Origin: Paeniglutamicibacter psychrophenolicus
Lineage (GTDB): Bacteria; Actinomycetota; Actinomycetes; Actinomycetales; Micrococcaceae
Length of the DNA stretch: 24,000 bases
Direction of reading: 5' to 3'
Assembly (NCBI RefSeq): GCF_017876575.1
Contig: NZ_JAGIOE010000001.1
Span: 3,118,443-3,142,442, forward strand
The notes beneath the pieces were generated by a model. It saw only the letters and a list, made by a program, of their open reading frames with translations. It ran no database searches and was not told the DNA's origin. This document shows positions 15,634 through 23,589 of the stretch, in pieces. Each line of letters starts with the position of its first letter. The stretch's first letter is position 1. The position numbers and the translations under genes are program-made.

Positions 15634-16065
15634 TTACCGGGCCTGGTTCTTCCCGCTGCCCGGTCGGCGGTATTCGCCCTCGGCGACGTGTTCGAGCCAC
15701 CGGGTGGTCTGCGCCGGGTCATCCGCGTTCTCGAGCATCGCGAGGTGCTCCATGAAGTCTTCCGGCGTGGCGCCGTGCCAGTGCTCCTCTCCCGCGGGGC
15801 AGTACACGGTTTCACCCGGCGTGGCTTCCACGACCGTGCCGTCGCGCATGCCGAACAGGGCGACACCGCTGGTCACGTGCAGGGTCTGGCCCCTGGCATG
15901 GGAGTGCCAGGCCGTGTGGGCCCCGGGGGCGAAGCGAACCCGGGCGACGATCATCCCCTGGCCTTCTTCCTGCGGATAGGCGATGGGGTCCACCCAGACG
16001 TCACCGGTGAACTGCTCCGGGCCGTTCTTGGTGGTCGGGGCCTTGGGCAGGAATTTGTGTGCCAC
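15634..16065 (-). CDS. Cupin domain-containing protein
   Basis: A GTG at 16065 has AAGGAAA 9 nt upstream. The product VAHKFLPKAPTTKNGPEQFTGDVWVDPI ... FAPGAHTAWHSHARGQTLHVTSG ... CPAGEEHWHGA carries both cupin metal-binding motifs. It is the tail of a 328-aa artefactual track ORF. Confidence 0.8.
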   Translation of the reverse strand: MAHKFLPKAPTTKNGPEQFTGDVWVDPIAYPQEEGQGMIVARVRFAPGAHTAWHSHARGQTLHVTSGVALFGMRDGTVVEATPGETVYCPAGEEHWHGATPEDFMEHLAMLENADDPAQTTRWLEHVAEGEYRRPGSGKNQAR

Positions 16066-16070
16066 GGTTT

Positions 16071-16967
16071 CTATTTCCTTTCCCCTGCGCGAAGCGCGGG
16101 GTTGTTGACGATGCGGGTCTTGTTCCATGAACCAAGCAGCTGGAGCTTCTGGTGGGATTCCGAGCCCGGTTGTGCCGTGTAGACCATGAGCTTCAGGCCC
16201 GGATCGGCGGTGATTGCCAGTTCCTCGTAGGCCAGGACCAGCTCCCCCACCTCGGGGTGGTTGAACCTCTTGGTTCCCGTGCCGTGGGTGCGCACGTCGT
16301 GGGCGGCCCACAGGGTGCGGAAGGTCTCGCTTTGGGTGGACAGCTCGCCGACCAGGTCCTGGATGCCGCGGTGCTGCGGGTCCTTCCCCGCCTCGTTCCG
16401 GATGATGGCCACGCACATCTGCGCGAACAGCTCCCAGTCCGGGTAGAAGGCCTTGGACGCGGGGTCCAGGAACTGGAACCTGGCAAGGTTCGGCGTCCGT
16501 CCGCCGCCGTCGCCGATCACCGGCGAATAGAACGCGCTGCCCAGTTCGTTGACGGCCAGCAGGTCCTGGGCCTCGTTGCGCACGAAGGCCACGGAGTCCT
16601 TCATCGAGTCCAGGACCCACTGCAGGGATTCACGCGGCGGCCGGGCAGGGGACGCGGGGCGGCGTTGGCGTCCCGAGGTCGGTATGCCGTCGGCGGCGCG
16701 GGCCAGGTCAAACAGGTGCGCCCGCTCGGTCTCGCTGAGCATCAGGGCACGGGCCAGTGCGTCCAAAACGGACGACGAGGCCCCGGCAATCGCTCCGCGT
16801 TCAAGCTTCGCGTAGTACTCCACGCTGACCCCTGCAAGGCTTGCCACCTCGCCGCGGCGCAGGCCTGCAACCCTTCGGTTGCCGTACGCCGGCAGGCCTG
16901 CACGTTCCGGGGTGACCTTCGCCCGGCGCGACATCAGGAACTCGCGAACTTCCGACCTGTTATCCAT
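16071..16967 (-). CDS. XRE-family HTH regulator with MmyB-like C-terminal domain
   Basis: MDNRSEVREFLMSRRAKVTPERAGLPAYGNRRVAGLRRGEVASLAGVSVEYYAKLERG is the HTH_31-type motif. A roughly 170-aa MmyB-like sensor domain follows (NLARFQFLDP ... ELSTQSETFRTLWAAHDV). The start could be 16967 or 16991. The stop lies 5 nt before the cupin start. Confidence 0.8.
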   Translation of the reverse strand: MDNRSEVREFLMSRRAKVTPERAGLPAYGNRRVAGLRRGEVASLAGVSVEYYAKLERGAIAGASSSVLDALARALMLSETERAHLFDLARAADGIPTSGRQRRPASPARPPRESLQWVLDSMKDSVAFVRNEAQDLLAVNELGSAFYSPVIGDGGGRTPNLARFQFLDPASKAFYPDWELFAQMCVAIIRNEAGKDPQHRGIQDLVGELSTQSETFRTLWAAHDVRTHGTGTKRFNHPEVGELVLAYEELAITADPGLKLMVYTAQPGSESHQKLQLLGSWNKTRIVNNPALRAGERK

Positions 16968-17102
16968 GTCCTTAAGCCTACGGGTGGACATCCGGATGAG
17001 GGATACCCTCCCAGGGCACCTTTCCTTGCCGCGCGCCGCAGGGTTGGATGCCCCCGGATCCGACGGGTAGTCCGCCGGCTCCAGGGGCATCGGGCAGGTC
17101 CC

Positions 17103-17399
17103 TTAGGATCGGTCGTTACCGTCCACCTGCTCCACGATCCGCGTCTTGGGCCCCGAGGCCAGCGCCGGGGAGGCCACGGGCGTGGACCAGACATCCGACC
17201 GAAGCCGGTCCAGGAATTCCTGGGCCTGGGCGCGCGAGGCAAAGTCGAGATCCAGCACCACATAGTGCCGATCATCGACGGGACGGAAGATGCGCTCGGC
17301 CAGGACACCGGAGCGGATCCGCCCCAGCGGGTCGGCGCCATACGCGCCCTTCCACATCTCGAAGTCCTTCACTCCGTGTTCAATCTGAAGCGTGTACAT
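17103..17399 (-). CDS. Small hypothetical protein (98 aa), possibly ferredoxin-like alpha+beta fold
   Basis: An internal ATG at 17399 has AAGGGAAAGGGAA upstream. The product reads MYTLQIEHGVKDFEMWKGAYGADPLGRIRSGVLAERIFRPVDDRHYVVLDLDF. The fold assignment is a guess. Confidence 0.6.
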   Translation of the reverse strand: MYTLQIEHGVKDFEMWKGAYGADPLGRIRSGVLAERIFRPVDDRHYVVLDLDFASRAQAQEFLDRLRSDVWSTPVASPALASGPKTRIVEQVDGNDRS

Positions 17400-17532
17400 C
17401 GCGGTTCCCTTTCCCTTGGCGCCGATGCCTTGAGCGTAGGCGCGGTGCCCGGTGGCCCGCCATCCCAGTTTTCTGGGATCCACCCGCACCCGGGCAACCT
17501 CCCGAAAAGGAGCCGGCGCGCATACTTGTCCC

Positions 17533-18603
17533 ATGGGAAGCAGGTGGGCCGCCGAACGCCTTATCCAACGTGTCACGGCGCTCGATGAGGCACGGCTCGA
17601 GAGCCACGCCTACCGCCGCGCGGTGCTCGAGGAACTCTCGGTAGCGATCGGGCACGAGGCCTGGGTGTGGCCGTTGGCCGACCCGATCACCACAGTCGGG
17701 CTCTCCCCGATGGCACAGGTCCCGGGCACAGCGGAACTGCCCCTGCTGATCACCCTCAAGTACGCCACGGCACTGAACCGGTGGACAACCCTGCCGACAG
17801 CCCCGGCGCGCGCCGTCTCGCTGGCCGCGGCCACCGACGGCGAGCTGTCCCGCAGCGAATCCTGGGCCGGGGTCCTGTGCAGGCACTCCATCACCGATGT
17901 CCTGTCGATTGTTTTCGCGGACAGGTGGGGCACCTGGGGCTGGCTTGATCTGTGGCGGGGCCACGGGGCCGGCGTGTTCACCGCCGCCGAGGTGGAACAG
18001 CTGTCATCGCTGGCACCGGCGATCACCACGGGCCTGCGGCATTGCTCGGCGAGGCAGTTCCAGGCCGGCAACAATGCCGCCGCACCACCCCACCCCCAGG
18101 CGGTGCTGGTGCTGGCCGAAAACCTGGGCGTCATCAGCCAGACCAATTCCGCGGGCCTCTGGCTGGAGCTGCTGCAACCCGGGCCCCGCCCGCACCAAGG
18201 CATCCCGGCGGAGGTGCTCAACGTGGCCGCCCAATTGCTGGCCCAGGAGTGCGGCGTCGATGCGCACCCGGCCGGTTCACTGGTCCATGTGGGGTCCGGG
18301 GTCTGGGCACGCCTGTCGGCAACGCGCATGAACACGCCGGCGGACAAGGCGCCGGCACCCATTGCGGTGACCATCCAGGACGCTTTGCCCGCCGAGCGCA
18401 TGGCGGTCTTTGGGAGGTGTTTCGCGCTGAGCCCGCGCGAAAGCCAGCTGCTTGAACTTGCCGCGAGCGGGTTGGACACCGCTGCGCTGGCCCGCGCCCT
18501 GGGCATCGGGCGGTACACCGTGCAGGACGATTTCAAGTCCCTCTTTGGCAAGTGCGGGGTGCAAAGCCGCGGCGCACTGGTGGCCATGGCCGCCGGCCAC
18601 TGA
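17533..18603 (+). CDS. LuxR-family (GerE HTH) transcriptional regulator with long uncharacterised N-terminal sensor region
   Basis: The C-terminus LSPRESQLLELAASGLDTAALARALGIGRYTVQDDFKSLFGKCGVQSRGALVA is a LuxR/GerE HTH. The N-terminal ~290 aa are GAF/PAS-like by composition only. The start could be ATG 17533 or GTG 17452. Confidence 0.8.
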   Translation: MGSRWAAERLIQRVTALDEARLESHAYRRAVLEELSVAIGHEAWVWPLADPITTVGLSPMAQVPGTAELPLLITLKYATALNRWTTLPTAPARAVSLAAATDGELSRSESWAGVLCRHSITDVLSIVFADRWGTWGWLDLWRGHGAGVFTAAEVEQLSSLAPAITTGLRHCSARQFQAGNNAAAPPHPQAVLVLAENLGVISQTNSAGLWLELLQPGPRPHQGIPAEVLNVAAQLLAQECGVDAHPAGSLVHVGSGVWARLSATRMNTPADKAPAPIAVTIQDALPAERMAVFGRCFALSPRESQLLELAASGLDTAALARALGIGRYTVQDDFKSLFGKCGVQSRGALVAMAAGH

Positions 18604-18728
18604 CCGGGCGGCGCAACGGCGCATCAGGGGCACCTCCCTCCGTCCCCCTCCCGTCCGGGCATGCGGCAGCGTAGCATGGCCCCCAACGGGTACTTCGTCG
18701 CAGCGTGCTTGGGGAGGGGAACAGCTGC

Positions 18729-19586
18729 ATGGACAGAGCTGACCGCCTTCGTGAACGATGGCTCGACACGGCCGCCGGGATCCTGCAGGAAACGAATCCG
18801 GGAGCGGCCCGGAAACTGTTGCACGACGCCCTGCTGGAATCGTTTCGCGCGTTTGCGGCGGTCAGGGCCCCGCTGGCCGCCCGGGGCGGAACCAGCGCTG
18901 TGGCCATCTTCGGGCACTACCCCGTGCTCGACAGCGCTGCATGGGAACTGGCGGCGCAGCGGGCCGGCGCCGACCACCCGATGTTCGCCTACCACAACGC
19001 CACTGCCGACCCCGCGCCGGTGACCCTGCTGGAGGTCTGCGAGCGAGGCTGGGCGGTCTCCGAGTTCGCGGACTCGATGATCGAGCGGCTCGGCGTGGGC
19101 CGGCACCAGCTTTCGCTGCCGCTGGGCACCGCCGGAACGCAGTCGGCAACCTACGGCTTCGTCAGTGACGGGACGTACCGGGAGCGAGACCTGGAGTCCG
19201 CACGTTTCCTCCAGCCGATCGTGCGCGGCCTGGATGCGCACATCCACCTGCTCGATTCCCTGCTGCCCGGACCCGCCCCCGAGGCCGAACCCGAGCGCCC
19301 GCTGACCGCGCGGGAACTGCTGGTCCTGGTCCTGGTTGCCCGGGGCTGCACGGCCCACGGCATTGCCGCGAGGCTGGGCGTCTCGCACCGCACGGTGCAC
19401 AAGCACCAGGAGAACCTGTACCGGAAACTGGGCGCGGTGGACCGCCTGTCGGCGGTCCTCCGCGCCCAGCAATGCGGGCTGCTCCCCCTGCAGCCCGCCG
19501 GTGCCGATGACCGTCCCGGAGGCTACCCCGGGAATTCACACACCCCGCTTGACACAGCATCGCCCAGCGCCTGGCCCAGCAGCTGA
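18729..19586 (+). CDS. LuxR-family (GerE HTH) transcriptional regulator, second copy
   Basis: The ATG at 18729 has GGGGAGGGGAA 9 nt upstream. The C-terminal HTH is LTARELLVLVLVARGCTAHGIAARLGVSHRTVHKHQENLYRKLGAVDRLSAV. The 40-aa tail after the HTH overlaps the convergent gene by 64 nt. Confidence 0.8.
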   Translation: MDRADRLRERWLDTAAGILQETNPGAARKLLHDALLESFRAFAAVRAPLAARGGTSAVAIFGHYPVLDSAAWELAAQRAGADHPMFAYHNATADPAPVTLLEVCERGWAVSEFADSMIERLGVGRHQLSLPLGTAGTQSATYGFVSDGTYRERDLESARFLQPIVRGLDAHIHLLDSLLPGPAPEAEPERPLTARELLVLVLVARGCTAHGIAARLGVSHRTVHKHQENLYRKLGAVDRLSAVLRAQQCGLLPLQPAGADDRPGGYPGNSHTPLDTASPSAWPSS

Positions 19587-20011
19587 TCCAAGGCATCGAT
19601 GTGGTTCCCGATGTAGCCAATGGCACGGCTCTCCTGGCCCGAACCGATCAGTCCCGGCCCCGAGTTCCCGGACTCGTTGGCCCAGGCTGCGAACGATTTC
19701 TCCGAGATGCTCGAGTTCATGTAGATCAGCGGCACGTGCGAGATGCCTTCGGCTTCCATCCACGGCTCCATGTAAGGAACCAGATCGATCTTGCCCACGC
19801 AGTCCGGGGCAACCTCGGCGATGATGAACTGCTCGGCCAGCACGTCCAACGGCATCCACCGCTTTTGCTGCAGCTGCTGTGCGTAGGCCGCATCGCTCCA
19901 CTGCTTCTTGAAGCATTCGTGTGCCAGCGCTGCCGGCGCCGCCACCACCGACGCCAATGCCACGGCTCCGGTGGCCGCAGCCGCCCGGGTCCCCCAAGTC
20001 CTGATACCCAT
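19523..20011 (-). CDS. Secreted hypothetical protein (162 aa, Sec-type signal peptide)
   Basis: The ATG at 20011 has GGAGGA 7 nt upstream. MGIRTWGTRAAAATGAVALASVVAAPAALA|HE is a signal peptide with an AxA site. The mature part has 3 Cys and no family I recognise. It is the tail of a 319-aa artefactual track ORF. Confidence 0.7.
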   Translation of the reverse strand: MGIRTWGTRAAAATGAVALASVVAAPAALAHECFKKQWSDAAYAQQLQQKRWMPLDVLAEQFIIAEVAPDCVGKIDLVPYMEPWMEAEGISHVPLIYMNSSISEKSFAAWANESGNSGPGLIGSGQESRAIGYIGNHIDALDQLLGQALGDAVSSGVCEFPG

Positions 20012-20129
20012 GTTGATTCCTCCAAGGTTGGTGGCGCGTTCCCTTCGCACCGACAGGCACCAGTCTTCCCCGGGGGCGTAGCCGGCGCCATACGCAGTGG
20101 TGCGTAGCCGGCGGGAGACGGGCGCCGCC

Positions 20130-20885
20130 TCAGAACAGTCCCGAGTGCTCCTCGACGAGTTCGGGCCCATCGTTGCGGACGTTTCCGACCGCGGAATCCA
20201 CCTCGCGCAACTCCCAGCCGGAGGCAACCTCGTCGGCACCGGCGCGCACCATCTCCACCAGCTCGGCCGCGTTCTTGTCCTCGGGGTCCAGCCATTCGGC
20301 CATGGCGTCTTTCGACAGCGGGATCGGCAACCTGTCGTGCAGGCCGTGCAACTGCGCCAAAACCTCGGATTCAGAGTCGGCGGCCGGGGACGGGCAGGTG
20401 AGGATCGTGGTGGACAGCAGCCATTGGCCAGGGTCGCCATCTTCCTTGGACGGGTCCTTCCACCATTCGTAGAGCCCGGCAAAGAAGATCAAGGATTCGT
20501 CGGCCGGGTGGACGTAGAACGGGCGCTTCTTGGCCTTGGATGTGTCCCCGGCCAACCATTCGTAGTACCCCTCGGCCGGGACCGCGCAGCGCCTGGCCTT
20601 GGCCGCGGCTCGGAAAGACGGCTTCTCGGTCACGGTCTCGCTGCGGGCGTTGAACGCACGCACGCCCACGGACGCTTCCTTGGCCCACCCCGGCACCAGT
20701 CCCCACTTGGCCACATGCACCTGCCTGTGCAGCTTCCCGTCGATCAGACGCTCCAGCACGATCGGCACGTCGGTGGTCGGGGCGACGTTCCAGGACTGCC
20801 GCAGCTCAAGGTTTGCATCTGCCTCGGCCTCGGCCTCCGCGACCAGGTCTCCGATGGCCTTGGCCATCACGTATCTACCGCACAT
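20130..20885 (-). CDS. SOS response-associated peptidase (SRAP; YedK/HMCES family abasic-site DNA-protein crosslinking protein)
   Basis: MCGRYV is at the N-terminus (catalytic Cys2, hence the start at 20885 rather than 20891). Other family motifs are NVAPT, WGLVPGWAK, NARSETV, RRCAVPAEGYYEW and LTCPS. Confidence 0.9.
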   Translation of the reverse strand: MCGRYVMAKAIGDLVAEAEAEADANLELRQSWNVAPTTDVPIVLERLIDGKLHRQVHVAKWGLVPGWAKEASVGVRAFNARSETVTEKPSFRAAAKARRCAVPAEGYYEWLAGDTSKAKKRPFYVHPADESLIFFAGLYEWWKDPSKEDGDPGQWLLSTTILTCPSPAADSESEVLAQLHGLHDRLPIPLSKDAMAEWLDPEDKNAAELVEMVRAGADEVASGWELREVDSAVGNVRNDGPELVEEHSGLF

Positions 20886-21448
20886 CCCCATCGCCCCTTC
20901 TTGTTGAATTCCACATATTCAAAACAGCTCCGGAGCCCTTGGCGCCGCGGAACCACTTCATCCCATAGACACCGTATCGTTTACGACGTTCCCCCGAAAC
21001 GTCGCCGGGCTTCCCCGCGGATATGTGCGCTTGTTCGGTTCGCCCGCTGGCGCCGATGACACCGTGCGGAGCAACATGGACTCCTCCTGTCCCGGCTAAC
21101 CTCAAGTGGGCCCATCTCACGACGCGTGGACTGTTAGCAAGAACTCGCTAAACATGGACCAGCGGAACCTAACCCGATCACGCCCGGGCATCTTAATGAT
21201 TTGCCCCGCAAAAGGCCCCTTCACCGGGCTTTATTGCGGGCCGGGTATACGGGACACCAGAAATCCAGCGATCACAAAGACACTGGTCAACAATTGGTTT
21301 GTCCGTTTGAGGACCGGCTAACGGGACAAATGAGACTCACCGATGCGAGGTGGTAATCAAGTCCCCCGAATCCTTTACTGCGTTCAGCATCCCAGACATG
21401 CTAGGCGAATGAAACAGAGCCGGGATCGGACCACCAGGAGGACATAAA

Positions 21449-22060
21449 ATGCGGGGATTCGGACTTAAGCGACAGGCCGCCTGGCCGAGAGATATGGCCA
21501 TCGCGGTTGATGACCATGTGCAGAATTTGAAAATGCTGCTGTTTGTCCGTCAATCATGGTCACTCGCACAGGATCTTGACATCCCGGACCTTAGCCCCGT
21601 TCCTGTGACCGGAAATTCCAGAATCCCGGAGTCCTCAAGTCGAGATGCATGGGACTTGATGTGGAAGCGGGAATGGGACCGTGCCTGGGCCTGGTATGAC
21701 ATCCGCAGCGAACGAAAGGCTCCACTGACTCAAGGAGAAATGCAGAGCTTCGCACGACCCGGGCAGGATCTCAACCCGCTAATGCCGCCATTCTGGACCG
21801 TCGAGTACGGCGAAGAAGGCATTGACTGGGATGCCTTCGACGCTTGGGACCGGCAAACAACTCCGATACCCCCAATCAACGTGGAGTTCGACCACGTCTC
21901 CGCACTCGTTTCCGCGTGGCATGGCGGCCTCACCAACGTCATTGTCCTTCCATACCGTGGGTTCTTCGCGCACCGGCTAAGCTCCAGCCACTTGGTCGTT
22001 TCCGCCGAAACGAGGCGCAGCCCGGAGCTATATGACAGGGCTCTAAGCTTCTGCACATAA
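21449..22060 (+). CDS. Hypothetical protein (203 aa, 11 Trp, acidic), no recognisable family
   Basis: There is a strong SD (AGGAGG, 7 nt before the ATG). The composition is non-artefactual (WDLMWKREWDRAWAWYD, GIDWDAFDAWD). It sits in the lower-GC segment. Confidence 0.65.
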   Translation: MRGFGLKRQAAWPRDMAIAVDDHVQNLKMLLFVRQSWSLAQDLDIPDLSPVPVTGNSRIPESSSRDAWDLMWKREWDRAWAWYDIRSERKAPLTQGEMQSFARPGQDLNPLMPPFWTVEYGEEGIDWDAFDAWDRQTTPIPPINVEFDHVSALVSAWHGGLTNVIVLPYRGFFAHRLSSSHLVVSAETRRSPELYDRALSFCT

Positions 22061-22257
22061 GGTCAGCCCAAGGTCGGGATTGAGGCACGTCCCGCTTCTG
22101 ACCGTGGGTTGACTTTGCAAAGCCCGGTCAAGGTTCCCCTTACGGGCAGCGTCGTGGAGACGCTGTCGAGGGGCGATTGGGCAACGAGAAAGTAAACAGA
22201 AGGAGCGTACGCCAGCGGCATTCTACGGATATGCAGGAACAAGAGCACTGTTGGTCA

Positions 22258-22285
22258 ATGTAAACAACGTATACAATGTTTACAT
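22258..22285. promoter_or_regulatory. 28-bp near-perfect palindrome ATGTAAACAACGTA|TACAATGTTTACAT overlapping a TACAAT -10 box and the antitoxin start codon; candidate autoregulatory operator / leaderless promoter
   Basis: Read directly: 12 of 14 arm positions pair. TACAAT (22272-22277) ends 6 nt before the ATG at 22284, so the predicted TSS coincides with the start codon. Confidence 0.55.
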
Positions 22286-22571
22286 GAGTACCTCAACGCC
22301 TCTTGGTCGGCCCATCTCGGTGCGACTTCCTGAAGATTTGCGTGAGCGTGTCGAAGCGCTCGCCAGAGCAACCCGGCGCAGCCTAGGCGACGTTGTGCGC
22401 GAGGTATTGGAGCGTGACCTTTCGGAGTTGGAATGGGAGCAGCGCATCGTTGCTCGTGCCGCGGATCTTCGATCGGGGCGTGTCCAAGCTGTGCCGCTTG
22501 CTGTGATCGAGCACGAGCTTGGGCTAAACGATGCCCTGGCTGATGCCAGCATTCTGGATGAGATCGAGTGA
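22284..22571 (+). CDS. Ribbon-helix-helix (CopG/RelB-type) antitoxin
   Basis: MSTSTPLGRPISVRLPEDLRERVEALARATRRSLGDVVREVLERDL is an RHH motif. The stop overlaps the toxin GTG (GTGA at 22568-22571). Confidence 0.8.
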   Translation: MSTSTPLGRPISVRLPEDLRERVEALARATRRSLGDVVREVLERDLSELEWEQRIVARAADLRSGRVQAVPLAVIEHELGLNDALADASILDEIE

Positions 22572-22831
22572 GCTGGGAGGTCGAGCTAGCGCCCGAAGCT
22601 GCGAAGTGGTTTCGGAAGGCTGACCCCCAGAACGCCCGGCGTATTCGTGCCGTGCTCCGCGCAATCACCACACTCGAAAACCCTCGGGACCGGGGCAAAG
22701 CCCTCACTGGAGGGCTGTCTGGTCTGTGGAGGTATCGCGTTGGCGATTATCGAATTGTCTGTGATCTGCAAGATGCACGCCTTGTCATTTTGGTGATCGA
22801 TATTGATCATCGCAGCAGCATCTATGGATGA
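22568..22831 (+). CDS. RelE/ParE family type II toxin
   Basis: The 87-aa product contains WRYRVGDYRIVCDLQDARLVILVIDIDHRSSIY, the canonical RelE/ParE C-terminal core. It is translationally coupled to the RHH gene. Confidence 0.85.
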   Translation: MSWEVELAPEAAKWFRKADPQNARRIRAVLRAITTLENPRDRGKALTGGLSGLWRYRVGDYRIVCDLQDARLVILVIDIDHRSSIYG

Positions 22832-23049
22832 ATACGGGCTTCCCGATTTACTGCGTGCTCAGTCGCCACAGCCGGACTGAATTGGCAGGGAACGAAGCCC
22901 ACTTCAGATGCCCGGACACTAGTGTGTCCCGCTGAAGGTTCCTCAAACGGAACACTCTTCCTTGGGGAACGGCAGCGGAGGACCGTCTCGTTCCAAGGAC
23001 GTGGCAGACTACTGCCATGGAAGCCACTTCGTGAAGCAGAGGAGAACCG

Positions 23050-23451
23050 GTGGAACTGAACAGGGATGCACGTTCCCTTGAAAAGCAGATGCATGCTCGG
23101 TTCGCCAAGGCATTTCGGGTCACCACGCTCTCGGATTTCGAAGCCGGTGTGCTCAGCAAGGGCTATGTCACTCGCGAAGATTATGAGGAAGCGTATCGGC
23201 TATACGTCGAAAAGATGACCGCTGCTGGTTTCCTCGTGGAGGAAATAGTTGATGACAGCGGTTACTACGTTCGTAACTACTCATCGCGCCGCATGGACGA
23301 GTTCTATGCTCAGGACGCACCCGCCTCTGAGGTCTCTCGCCGCGAGGAGGAAGAAAGGTCCCTGAGCCGGGAATGCGAAGTCGGCACGTTCCAGCTCATT
23401 TCCACGATTTTCCACGAGCAATCCAAGCCCAGCAGTCAATTCGACGGTTAG
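23050..23451 (+). CDS. Hypothetical protein (133 aa), no recognisable family
   Basis: The GTG at 23050 has AGAGGAGAA 3-5 nt upstream, and there is an in-frame stop at 23032. The composition is Glu/Tyr/Arg-rich and non-artefactual (GYVTREDYEEAYRLYVEKMTAAGFLVEEIVDDSGYYVRNY). Confidence 0.5.
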   Translation: MELNRDARSLEKQMHARFAKAFRVTTLSDFEAGVLSKGYVTREDYEEAYRLYVEKMTAAGFLVEEIVDDSGYYVRNYSSRRMDEFYAQDAPASEVSRREEEERSLSRECEVGTFQLISTIFHEQSKPSSQFDG

Positions 23452-23589
23452 TGCGATTCTCAGGACAACAGTCCCGTTCAGGCTTCCCCTGCGAAACAGT
23501 GTGTACCGAGAGCCAATCCGTTTGGGGGTACGGCAATTAGCTCTGCAGAAAACGCGACATTTAGCGTTGAAAGCCACACGGCTGGATGA

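Noticed and set aside
21352-21373. A tRNA-like T-arm string, GGTAATCAAGTCCCCCGAATCC, which might mark a tRNA or att site at the island edge.
   Set aside because: The flanking bases do not form a T-stem, acceptor stem or anticodon arm on either strand. I could not fold any cloverleaf in 20892-21448.
22063-22248. A 61-aa minus-strand ORF, and a 10-codon plus-strand mini-ORF (MQEQEHCWSM), in the gap before the TA module.
   Set aside because: Neither has a ribosome-binding site at proper spacing or a recognisable motif. The region more likely holds the terminator-like hairpins of the upstream gene (GGTCAG...CTGACC, 22061-22103) and the TA promoter.
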